From assembly GCA_965223545.1 (NCBI GenBank), contig OZ245006.1, positions 1,504,001 through 1,568,000 on the forward strand: DNA of 64,000 nt, given 5' to 3'. Source of the DNA: Planctomycetota bacterium (GTDB taxonomy: Bacteria > Planctomycetota > UBA1135 > UBA2386). Both the position numbers and the translations under genes were made by a program. Under the pieces are notes generated by a model, which was not told where the DNA came from, ran no database searches, and saw only the letters and a list, made by a program, of their open reading frames with translations. Of the stretch, positions 9,797 to 20,485 are shown piece by piece; positions within the stretch are counted from its first letter, which is position 1, and each line of letters starts with the position of its first letter.

Positions 9797-12073
9797 TCAG
9801 GACTGGATCTGCACACTGCCGGCATTCGAGAGGTCGAAGCCAAAACACGAGCTACCGCCGCCGACGAACCACTGGAAGTAGAACACCCGTCCCACCAGGG
9901 ACGAGTTGAACGGGATCGGCAGACCAGCCGAGGCGTCGCCGTTGAAGTCGGTGTTGCCACCGCCGAACACGAACCCGGTGAACGGATCCGGCACGATGGT
10001 GCAGCTGCCGCACGGGATGTCGGCGCGGGTCGCCGACAGCACTGCCCACGCCGGAACATTGGTGTTGGCGTGCTGGATACGCATCGAGAAACCGGAGTTG
10101 CCGATCACGGCACAAGTGCTGGTCGCCGCCCCGCCCGTCCCACAGCCAAAGCCGAGGTCGACGAAGATGCCGTCGTCGCTGCGGAACCGCACCGCGCTGA
10201 GGTCACCGTCACCGGTCGCGGTGTCGGTCTCCTCCCAGACGATCAACGCCCGGTCGTTGGAACCGCCGGCGCTGCTCTCCGCCGCCATCGCGACGAAGTC
10301 GGCATCCCGGGCAGTGATCGCCAGCGCGAACTCGCCCTCGCAATCGGCGCAGGTGAACGGGTCCACCGACTTGACGTAGGCGTCGTAGTTCGGCGACGCG
10401 ACCTCGTCGGTATAGCCGACCAACACCGAGTGTCCCATGTACGCCACCGAGACGTTGCGCTCGTCGTCGTTGAAGCCGCCCTCGATGATGACCTGCGGCC
10501 CGGACAAATAGCCGAAGCCGAGCGAGGGCTGATAGGTGACGCCGACACAGCCGACGTCGTTGTCCCCCGAGCCGGGCGTCACCTCGGTCTCGAAGGCGAC
10601 CACCCAGTTGCGACCGTTGCCATCCACGTCCGGCAGGTCCTCGTCGTTGCCGCCCGAGCTGGTGATCGCGACGAACGAATCGAGGAACACCAAGTTGCGG
10701 TCGACGACCGCGCCGCGGACCGCGGTCTCCGAGAACTCACGATTCCACACGATCAGAAACGTGCCGGTCGGCCCGCCGCCCTTGGCGATCGCCGGCCACG
10801 AGTCGGTGAAGCCGGTCGAGATGGTGGTCTGCCCAAAGACGAACGGGGCGCCCGCGGCCGGAATGGTGAACTGAGCGGCCTCGATCTCACTCGTGGTCAG
10901 GTTCCACCAGACGACGAGCGCGTCGTCGTCGAACGTGGTCGTCTCGCCGCCGACATCGCAGCCGAACTCGAAGTCCGCGCTGCCCGCCACCGTCACCGCG
11001 CTGGACACCGAGCCCCCGGCAGTGACCGACGCGCCGAGGATGTCGCCCCCCTCGTTCCACACCACCGCGAAGCTGTCGCGCAGGTTGACGTTGGCGACGC
11101 GGGGATCGGTGCCGTTGAAGGCCGAGGACCGGACGAGCGTCAGCCCCCCGACGAGCGCTCCCGCGCCACTGACGAGCTGACAGCGAATGCCGGTGGACGG
11201 GCCGGCGAACTCGCGCTCCCAAACCACCAAGTAGACGTCGTTGGTGAGGTCGTAGGCGACGTCCGGATCCTCCTCATCGAACCCCGTCGCCGGCGCGAAC
11301 ACGGCGCCGACCAGGGGGTCGAGCTCGAGCGGCAGCGCTGCGCGGTCGACGAACGCCGCCGGCAACCGCAGCTCGAGGAGATCGCCGGCGAGCGTCATCG
11401 AGCCATCGGCGCGGCGTCCATCGGCGTCGATGCCGACCACCGCACCGATCTCGACGCCGCCGATCCCGCCGAGCTCGTAGCGCACCGAGTCGGGCCGCGC
11501 GTGCGCCAGCGGGAGATCCGTCTGCACCGCCAGCCGCACGACCAAGTCGCCGCCTCCCGGCGGCAACGCGTCGAACAAGAAGCTCTGCTTGACCCCGTCC
11601 GTGCGCACGGCGTAACGCTCGACGACACCCGGCCGCCGGTAGTCGACCACGCCGTCGACGATCGCCGGCTCGGTGCCGGCGGCGTGTCGGGGTCGCCCGT
11701 CTGCGCGTCCGTACGATCGCAGCTCGAACCGCACGTCGTAGCGCTGCGGCGCGCGGCGCCCGAGTGCCGGCGTGTAGGTCACGCCGGCGCGGTCGAAGCC
11801 GACCTCGTAGTCGGGCCCACCGCCGACCAGCGCGCCGTCGAGCCAATGCACCCCGCTGCTGCGCCGCAGGATCGAGCCGACGTCGTCCAGCCGCCCCGGC
11901 ACGCCCGCCGGAGCGGCGTCGCCGTCCCGCGCCGTCGGGCCGAGCACCGGCGGCGGCGCCTGCCACTGTGCGGCTTCGGCCTCGTTGGCCGGGCCGGGGT
12001 CTTGGGACGGAACCGCGGGGGACAGCGCGAGCAGCGCAATCGCCACGCCCGGGAGAGGAGAGCGTCTTCGCAT
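9797..12073 (-). CDS. Secreted protein B, tandem paralog of 7485..9758
   Basis: Signal peptide MRRRSPLPGVAIALLALSPAVPS-Q; shares LVGGGP.Y, YTPALGRRAP, GDLVVRLA, LDPL.G and DVAYD..NDVYLVVW with protein A. Confidence 0.75.
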   Translation of the reverse strand: MRRRSPLPGVAIALLALSPAVPSQDPGPANEAEAAQWQAPPPVLGPTARDGDAAPAGVPGRLDDVGSILRRSSGVHWLDGALVGGGPDYEVGFDRAGVTYTPALGRRAPQRYDVRFELRSYGRADGRPRHAAGTEPAIVDGVVDYRRPGVVERYAVRTDGVKQSFLFDALPPGGGDLVVRLAVQTDLPLAHARPDSVRYELGGIGGVEIGAVVGIDADGRRADGSMTLAGDLLELRLPAAFVDRAALPLELDPLVGAVFAPATGFDEEDPDVAYDLTNDVYLVVWEREFAGPSTGIRCQLVSGAGALVGGLTLVRSSAFNGTDPRVANVNLRDSFAVVWNEGGDILGASVTAGGSVSSAVTVAGSADFEFGCDVGGETTTFDDDALVVWWNLTTSEIEAAQFTIPAAGAPFVFGQTTISTGFTDSWPAIAKGGGPTGTFLIVWNREFSETAVRGAVVDRNLVFLDSFVAITSSGGNDEDLPDVDGNGRNWVVAFETEVTPGSGDNDVGCVGVTYQPSLGFGYLSGPQVIIEGGFNDDERNVSVAYMGHSVLVGYTDEVASPNYDAYVKSVDPFTCADCEGEFALAITARDADFVAMAAESSAGGSNDRALIVWEETDTATGDGDLSAVRFRSDDGIFVDLGFGCGTGGAATSTCAVIGNSGFSMRIQHANTNVPAWAVLSATRADIPCGSCTIVPDPFTGFVFGGGNTDFNGDASAGLPIPFNSSLVGRVFYFQWFVGGGSSCFGFDLSNAGSVQIQS

Positions 12074-12263
12074 GGCAACTCCGAGAACGTCCGAGGTGGA
12101 GCCGGACCGCCACTTCTGGGAAGCCCGGCTCACCCCACATCATGGGCTTCTCACGGGGCGTAGGGGGGGAAACCCGTGCCCGGGACCGGGTGGGCGGATT
12201 CGGAGCCGAGAATGCCACCTGCCCCCCTTGACGCCGCGGGAATCGAGCCGCGGGGCCAGTTTG

Positions 12264-12293
12264 TTGACCCCGCGCGGGGCCTTGCGCCAAGAT
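12264..12293 (+). promoter_or_regulatory. Possible sigma70-type promoter for tig-clpP-clpX
   Basis: TTGACC (12264-69), 18 nt, CAAGAT (12288-93), upstream of the tig start. Confidence 0.3.
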
Positions 12294-12337
12294 GCGCGGC
12301 CCTTTCCTCCGCCGCATTCTCGAGAGAGCTCTCCAAA

Positions 12338-13624
12338 ATGGACGTCACGGTCACCGACTCCGGCCCCTGCCGAAAGACGCTCGCCATCGTGGTCCCGCCC
12401 GCCGAGGTCAAGAACCACGTCAGCCGGGCCTACTCGACCGCCGCCAAGCAAGTGCAGATCAAGGGCTTCCGGCAGGGCAAGGTGCCGCGGGCGGTGCTCG
12501 AGAAGCGGTTCGGCTCGGAGATCCTCAGCGAGGCCAAGATGCAGCTGCTCAACCAGAGCTATCAGGACGCGCTGCGCGAGCACGATCTGACCCCGCTCGG
12601 TGAGCCGGACGTCGAGGGCATCGACGACGGCGCGCTCGACGAGGGCCAGCCGCTGCAGTTCACCGTGCACATCGACGTGCGGCCCGAGTTCGAGATCGGC
12701 GAGGTGAAGGGCATCGAGGTCCGGCGCGGCGAGGAAGACGTGACCGACGAGGACGTCGAAAACGCCCTGGCGCAGCTGGCGGCCGAGAAGCGCACGCTGA
12801 AGCCGGTCGAGGGCGCGGTCGAGGACGGCGACTTCGTCAAGATGGACCTGCTCTACAAGAACGCCGCCGGCGAGCCCGTGCACGAGCGCAAGGAAGCCCG
12901 GCTCAACACCAACATCCCGATCGCGGGCACCGACGCCCAGGCGTTCCAGGAGCGGCTGCGCGGCGCCGAGCAGGGTCAGCAGCTGGAGGTCGAGATCGAG
13001 TTCCCCGACAGCTTCGAGGTCGAAGCGGTGCGCGGCGAGAAGGGCACCGTCGACATGACCCTGCAGGAGGTGCTGCGGGTGACCCCGGCGCCGATCGACG
13101 ACACCCTGGCCGAGGCCTACGACTTCGAGACCCTCGACGCGCTCAAAACGGACCTGCGGGAGCGGCTGGGCATCGAGAAGAAGCGGTCCAACCGCCACCG
13201 CCAGGAGGAGGACGTCTTCACCACCCTGATCCAGACCAACCCGTTCGACCTGCCCGGGCAGATGGTCGAGGACCAGGCCAAGCACGCCCTGGCGCAGTTC
13301 AAGAAGCGCATGGAGGACGCCAAGCTGCCGGCGGAAGAGATCGAGCAGCGCGTCGAGCAGGCCCAGGACGAGGCCCGCGAGGACGCCGAGCGACGGGTGC
13401 GGTTGTTCTTCCTGCTCGGCAAGGTCGCCGAGAAGCACAAGATCTTCGTCACCGAGACCGACGTCGACGTTGAACTCAAGCGGATCGCGGCCGACAACAA
13501 CGTCTCGGTGGACCAAGTCCGCGATCACTACGAATCACACAAGATGCTGCCCGACCTACGGCAGGCGCTGCGCGAGGCCAAGGTGCGCGATTTCCTCAGA
13601 GAGAACGCCACTCTGACCGATTAA
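12338..13624 (+). CDS. tig: Trigger factor
   Basis: [11 protein letters not shown] ribosome-binding motif, FKBP-like middle domain, synteny with clpP-clpX. Confidence 0.95.
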   Translation: MDVTVTDSGPCRKTLAIVVPPAEVKNHVSRAYSTAAKQVQIKGFRQGKVPRAVLEKRFGSEILSEAKMQLLNQSYQDALREHDLTPLGEPDVEGIDDGALDEGQPLQFTVHIDVRPEFEIGEVKGIEVRRGEEDVTDEDVENALAQLAAEKRTLKPVEGAVEDGDFVKMDLLYKNAAGEPVHERKEARLNTNIPIAGTDAQAFQERLRGAEQGQQLEVEIEFPDSFEVEAVRGEKGTVDMTLQEVLRVTPAPIDDTLAEAYDFETLDALKTDLRERLGIEKKRSNRHRQEEDVFTTLIQTNPFDLPGQMVEDQAKHALAQFKKRMEDAKLPAEEIEQRVEQAQDEAREDAERRVRLFFLLGKVAEKHKIFVTETDVDVELKRIAADNNVSVDQVRDHYESHKMLPDLRQALREAKVRDFLRENATLTD

Positions 13625-13662
13625 CCACCATGATCCCTCACCCCCCTTCGGGGCCGATTCGC

Positions 13663-14259
13663 ATGAATCCGATCAGCCAATACATGCCGTACGTGGTCGA
13701 GAAGACCGGCCGTGCGGAGCGCACCTACGACATCTACAGCCGCCTGCTCGAGGACCGCATCGTCTTCCTCGGCACCGAAATCAACGATGTCGTCGCCAAC
13801 ACGGTGATCGCCCAGCTGCTGTTCTTGCAGAAAGAGAACCGCAACCAGGACATCAACCTGTTCATCAACAGTCCCGGCGGCAGCGTCACGGCGGGCCTCG
13901 CGATCTACGACACGATCCAGTTCGTGCAATGCCCGGTGGCGACCTACTGCATCGGTCAGGCCGCGTCGATGGGCGCGGTGCTGCTGGCGGCGGGCTCGGC
14001 CGGCAAGCGCCACGCGCTGCCGCACTCGCGCATCATGATCCACCAGCCCTGGGGCGGCGTGCGCGGCACGGCGGCGGACATCGAGATCCAGGCGGAGGAG
14101 ATCCTGCGCCTCAAGGAGACCCTGAGCAACCTGCTGGCCAAGCACTGCAAGCGGGAGACGGCGCAGATCGCCAAGGACAGCGATCGGGACTTCTTCCTAA
14201 GCGCGAGCGAAGCCAAGGACTATGGCTTGATCGACGAGATCGTCGAGACCACGAAATAG
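13663..14259 (+). CDS. clpP: ATP-dependent Clp protease proteolytic subunit
   Basis: [32 protein letters not shown] (catalytic Ser), RIMIHQP. Confidence 0.97.
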   Translation: MNPISQYMPYVVEKTGRAERTYDIYSRLLEDRIVFLGTEINDVVANTVIAQLLFLQKENRNQDINLFINSPGGSVTAGLAIYDTIQFVQCPVATYCIGQAASMGAVLLAAGSAGKRHALPHSRIMIHQPWGGVRGTAADIEIQAEEILRLKETLSNLLAKHCKRETAQIAKDSDRDFFLSASEAKDYGLIDEIVETTK

Positions 14260-14388
14260 AGGGTCGCGTCCCTCGCACCGGCGACTCCGTTACGATGGGG
14301 ACTCCGCTATGATGGGGCGCGGCGCGGCGGCCGGGTGAGGATCATCACCCGCCCCGAATCCGCACTCCCCCCCACAACAGCAAGCAAG

Positions 14389-15695
<1,307 letters not shown>

Positions 15696-15699
<4 letters not shown>

Positions 15700-16739
15700 G
15701 CGCGGCGCGCGGCGCTCTGACCGAACTCGACGACGACGGCCTGCGCGCAACGGTCGAGCGGCACGGCGGCAAGCCGTTCCAGGCACGCCAGCTGGCGCAC
15801 TGGATCTATCGTCACGGCGCGCGCGACGCGGCCGAGTGCCGCAACCTGCCGCGGGCGCTCGCCGAAGCCGTGCTCGCCGAGACCCCGGTGCGCAGCACCA
15901 CCGTGCGCACCGTCCAGCGCGGCGCCGACGACACCGAGAAGATGCTGATCGGCTTGGCCGACGGCGACGCCGTCGAGGCCGTGCTGATCCCCGAGGGCGA
16001 GCGCAACACCCTGTGCGTCTCGTCGCAGGTCGGCTGCCCGGTGGCGTGCGTGTTCTGCGCCTCGGGTCTGGGTGGCGTGCGCCGCAACCTGAGCACCGGC
16101 GAGATCGTCGAGCAGGTCCTGCACGCGCTGGACCGGCTGCGGGCGGCCGACCGCCGGCTGACCAACGTCGTGGTGATGGGCATGGGCGAGCCGTTGCTCA
16201 ACCTCGACGCGCTGCTGCCCGCCCTGCTGCGGATCACCGACCCCCAAGGCGTCGGCCTCGGCGCGCGTCGGATCACGGTGAGTACCTCCGGCTACCCGGA
16301 TCGCATTGCCAAGCTCGCGGCGTGCGCGCAGCAGTTCGGCCTCGCGGTGTCGCTGCATGCCGCCGACGACCGCCTGCGCAAGCGGCTCGTACCAACCGCC
16401 AAGAGCCCGGTCTCGGCACTGGTCGGCGCGGCGAGGGCGTACGCCGCGGCCAACAACCGCGAAGTCACCTTCGAAGTCGTGCTGCTGGCCGGCGTCAACG
16501 ACAGCGAGCGCGACGCGCGCGCTTTGGTCACGGCGCTGCGCGGGGTGCGCTGCACGGTCAACCTGATCCCCTGGAATCCGGTCGACGCGATCCCCGACCT
16601 GCGCCGCCCCTCGCCGCAGCGGGTCGAGGCGTTCCGCGCCCATCTCGAGCGGGGCGGCCTCAAGACGACGACGCGGCGACAGCGCGGCGCCGACCGCGAT
16701 GCCGCGTGCGGCCAGCTGCGGCTGCGCGAGGCGCACTAA
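15696..16739 (+). CDS. rlmN: 23S rRNA (adenine2503-C2)-methyltransferase RlmN
   Basis: [37 protein letters not shown] overlap with clpX. Confidence 0.93.
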
Positions 16740-16798
16740 CGCGTTTCGGTCGGCGTGCGCTCTTTGTGACGCGCCGGTCGGCGGGATAGCCTGCCCAG

Positions 16799-19700
16799 GT
16801 GGCCATCCGGACCCTACTCGCGCTCTGCGTCGTGTTGCTCTCGGGGATCGCGGCGCCGGCACAACCGAGGCCGAACGTCGTCTGGTTGGTCGTGGAGGAC
16901 ATGAGTCCGTGGCTCGGCTGCTACGGCGACGACACCGTCCCGACTCCGCACTGCGACCGGCTGGCACGCGAGGGCGTGCGCTACACCAACGCGTTCGCCA
17001 CCTCGCCGGTGTGCGCCCCAGCGCGATCGTCGCTGATCACCGGCTGCTACGCGACGCGCATCGGCACGATGCACATGCGCAACGGGTCGCGGAGCAAGGC
17101 GGCGCTCGACAAGGACCCGGAGGCCTACGACGGCATCCCGATCTACGAAGGCGTCCCGCCGGCGTTCGTTCGCTGCTTCCCGGAGCACCTGCGGCGAGCG
17201 GGCTACTACTGCACCAACAGCGCCAAGAAGGACTACCAGTTCCGAGCGCCGGGCACCGTCTGGGACGCGTCGAGCGGCAAGGCCCACTGGCGCGACCGCG
17301 CCAAAGGGCAGCCGTTCTTCAGCGTGTTCAACTACGGCGGCACGCACGAGAGCCGAGCCTTCCCGGACACTCCGCCAAGCCCGACCGTCGCCGGCCGCGA
17401 CACCGTGCCGTTGCCGCCGTTCTATCCCGACACCGACGACGTCCGCGAAGCCGTCGCCCGCACCTACGACAACATCGCCGCGATGGATCGCTGGGTCGGC
17501 GCGCGCCTGCACGAGCTCGAAGAAGCCGGCCTGCTGGCGTCGACGGTGGTGATGTTCTACAGCGACCACGGCGTCGGCCTGCCGCGCGGCAAGCGGTCGT
17601 GCTACGACACCGGCACCAGGGTGCCGCTGCTGGTGCGCTTCCCCGACGGACGCCGCGCTGGCGAGGTCGACGCCCGCGTCGTGCAGTTCGTCGACTTCGG
17701 TCCGACGGTGCTGTCACTGTGTGGCCTCGAGCCCGACCGGCGCCTCGACGGCGTGCCGTTCCTCGGGGCGTTCGCGCGCGCCGGACGCGGCTTCGCGTTC
17801 AGCCATGCCGACCGCTTCGACGCGGGCTATGACCGCCAGCGCAGCGTCAGCGACGGTCGCTATCGCTACTTGCGCAACTACGACGTCGGGGGGCCGTACC
17901 TGATCGCCAACGCGTATCGCGAGCACCTGCCGATGACGCACGACCTGTACGCGTTGCGCGGGCGCCGCGACCAGCCGGCGGCACTGTGGCAGATGACCGC
18001 CGAGACGCGCGCACCGGAGGAGCTGTACGACGCGCACGTCGACCCATGGGAGACCCACAACCTGATCGATGACCCTGCGCACGCGGAGCGGGCGGCGCAG
18101 CTGCGCAGCGAACTCGAGGGGTGGATCACGGCAACCGAAGACCTCGGCTTCGCGCTGCCGGAGACCGCGCTGGTCTCGCGACACCTCTGGCCACCCGACG
18201 GCGTGCAGCCCGCGACCCCCGCGGCGCGCATTCGAGTGGAGACGCGCGACGGGCAGCGCAAGGTCGAGATCCACTGCGATGAGCCCGGCGCTTCGATCGG
18301 CTACCGGCGGCTGCCGCAGGACGAGGGCCTGGCGTGGCGGGTCTACGACCAGCCGTTGGTCGTCGACGGCGATCAGCAACTCGCCGTGCTGACGCACCGC
18401 ATCGGGTGGCGACCGACCGAGACGGCCTTTGACGCCGGCGCAAGACCACGGGCGCCCAACGTCGTCGTCATCGTCGCCGACGACCTGGGCTACATGGACA
18501 TCGGCGCCAACAACGAGAGCTGCCTGTACGACACACCCAACATCGATCGGTTGGCGGCACGCGGCATGCGCTTCACCGACGGCTACGCGTCGTGCCCGGT
18601 GTGCTCCCCGACCCGCTACTCGTTGATGACCGGCCGCTATCCCGCGCGCGCCGACGTCACCAACTACTTCATGGGGCGGCGCGCCGAGCGGTTTCGCCCC
18701 GCCCAGGCCAAAGACCGCATGGAGCTCGACGAGGTGACGGTCGCGGAAGTGCTACGCGAACGCGATTACGCGACGTTCTTCGCCGGCAAGTGGCACCTCG
18801 GCCCCAGCGAGGAGTTCTGGCCCGAGCGCCAGGGCTTCGACGTCAACAAGGGCGGCTGGTCGAGGGGCGGGCCCTACGGGCCGGGCAAGTACTTCGTGCC
18901 CTACGGCAACCCGCGGCTCGACGACGGCCCGGAGGGCGAGCACCTGCCCGACCGGCTGGCGGCGGAAACCTGCGCCTTCGTCGAAGAACAACGCGACCGG
19001 CCGTTCCTGGCATGGCTGAGCTTCTACTCGGTGCACACGCCGCTGGTCGGCCGCGAGGACCTTGTCGCGAAGTACCGCGCGCGCATCGCGGCCCTGCCCC
19101 CGGCCGAGCTGCCGGAGTTCGGCGACGAAGAACAGGTGTTTCTCACCGAGAGGCCGCGCCGAGTGCGCCAGCTCCAACGCCACGCGGTCTACGCGGCGAT
19201 GGTCGAGGCGATGGACCTCGCCGTCGGTCGGGTCCTGGACAAGCTCGACGACCTGGGCATCGCGGACCGAACGATCGTCGTCTTCACCTCCGACAACGGC
19301 GGCCTGTCGACCAGTGAAGGCTCACCGACCAGCAACCTGCCGCTGCGGGGTGGCAAGGGCTGGATGTACGAGGGCGGCATCCGCGAGCCATGGCTGTGGT
19401 GCGTGCCCGGCGTGACCGCGGCCGGATCGGTCAGCGCGGAGCCAATCTGCAGCATCGACCTGTTGCCGACGCTGTCGGCGTTGGTCGGCATCGCCCCGGT
19501 CGCGCACGAGATCGACGGCACCGACATCGCGGCCGCGCTCCGCGGTGAGGCGCTGCAGAAGCGAGCGCTGTTCTGGCACTACCCGCACTACGGCAACCAG
19601 GGCGGCTTCCCCTCGGCGGCGATCCGGCGCGGCAACCACAAGCTGATCGAGCGGCTCGAGGACGGGCGGGTGCACCTGTTCGACCTCGCGGCCGATCCCG

Positions 19701-19879
19701 GCGAACGCGACGACCTCGCCGCGCAGCAGCCCGATCTCGTCCGCTCGCTGCGCACCCAGCTGCGTGCCTGGCAGCGCGCGATGGAGGCGAAGCTGCTGCG
19801 CCCGCACGAAGGCCGCACGCCATGGCAATACGAGCAGCCAGAGCAGCCACAGCCGCCCCCCACCAAACGCCTCCGCTGA
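16799..19879 (+). CDS. Secreted double-domain formylglycine-type sulfatase
   Basis: Signal peptide; two sulfatase cores with CAPARS and CSPTRY motifs, SDHG and SDNG; Fn3-associated-like linker between them. Confidence 0.92.
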   Translation: MAIRTLLALCVVLLSGIAAPAQPRPNVVWLVVEDMSPWLGCYGDDTVPTPHCDRLAREGVRYTNAFATSPVCAPARSSLITGCYATRIGTMHMRNGSRSKAALDKDPEAYDGIPIYEGVPPAFVRCFPEHLRRAGYYCTNSAKKDYQFRAPGTVWDASSGKAHWRDRAKGQPFFSVFNYGGTHESRAFPDTPPSPTVAGRDTVPLPPFYPDTDDVREAVARTYDNIAAMDRWVGARLHELEEAGLLASTVVMFYSDHGVGLPRGKRSCYDTGTRVPLLVRFPDGRRAGEVDARVVQFVDFGPTVLSLCGLEPDRRLDGVPFLGAFARAGRGFAFSHADRFDAGYDRQRSVSDGRYRYLRNYDVGGPYLIANAYREHLPMTHDLYALRGRRDQPAALWQMTAETRAPEELYDAHVDPWETHNLIDDPAHAERAAQLRSELEGWITATEDLGFALPETALVSRHLWPPDGVQPATPAARIRVETRDGQRKVEIHCDEPGASIGYRRLPQDEGLAWRVYDQPLVVDGDQQLAVLTHRIGWRPTETAFDAGARPRAPNVVVIVADDLGYMDIGANNESCLYDTPNIDRLAARGMRFTDGYASCPVCSPTRYSLMTGRYPARADVTNYFMGRRAERFRPAQAKDRMELDEVTVAEVLRERDYATFFAGKWHLGPSEEFWPERQGFDVNKGGWSRGGPYGPGKYFVPYGNPRLDDGPEGEHLPDRLAAETCAFVEEQRDRPFLAWLSFYSVHTPLVGREDLVAKYRARIAALPPAELPEFGDEEQVFLTERPRRVRQLQRHAVYAAMVEAMDLAVGRVLDKLDDLGIADRTIVVFTSDNGGLSTSEGSPTSNLPLRGGKGWMYEGGIREPWLWCVPGVTAAGSVSAEPICSIDLLPTLSALVGIAPVAHEIDGTDIAAALRGEALQKRALFWHYPHYGNQGGFPSAAIRRGNHKLIERLEDGRVHLFDLAADPGERDDLAAQQPDLVRSLRTQLRAWQRAMEAKLLRPHEGRTPWQYEQPEQPQPPPTKRLR

Positions 19880-20459
19880 ATTCGACGCGGCGCGTCCGGG
19901 CCAGCTGCGCGGGTTCGTCACCCTGGACGGCAGACCGTTCCAGGGACGGGTCGCGCTGTCGGCGGTCTCTGCGGCGCAGCCCGGTGACCCTCCCCGCTTC
20001 GATGACCGCTACGCGGAGTCCGACGAGTTCGGGCGTTTCCGGTTGTTGCTCCCGCCCGGCACGTGGCGCTTGCGCGCGTGGTTGCCGATCGAGTCGCGCG
20101 GTGTCCGGGTGTACGCCCGATCGCGGGTGCACGTCGCAGCATCGCGGGTCACCGACGCCCGCTTCGACGTGCGCGTGGGCCGCGCGGCGCTGCGCTTGCT
20201 CCGACCGGGCGGCGCGCCGGCCGCCGGCGGGCAGCTGAACGTCCATCGCGACGGCGAACCGTTCTCGGCATTGGCCGCCGTGACGGACACCGAGGGCCGC
20301 ACCACGATCGTCGGCACTCCGGGCTCGGTGGCTGCGACCCTGTCCCCCCGCAGTCCGACGGCGCAGAAGCGCGCGCCGATTTCACTACCACCGCTTGGCC
20401 TGACCGAGGGCGAGCCGCCGGAGACCGAGGTCCGGCTGCCGGTCGAGTGGGATCGGTAG
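19857..20459 (+). pseudogene. Start-less open frame paralogous to the C-terminal ~210 aa of 20486..23206 (fragment, or frameshifted extension of the sulfatase)
   Basis: RPGQLRGFVTLDGRPFQG...TDTEGRTTIVGTPG...LPPLGLTEGEPPETEVRLPVEWDR aligns with RPGRLRASITLDGKPYQG...TDAEGRTTIVATPG...LPPIGLTEGEPEEVEIQLPADWDR. Confidence 0.65.
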
Positions 20460-20485
20460 CGGCAGCCGCGCGCTACAATCCGGCA

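Noticed and set aside
12120..12337. Possible tRNA or riboswitch upstream of tig
   Set aside because: No cloverleaf or T-arm; only short GC-rich repeats and a candidate promoter
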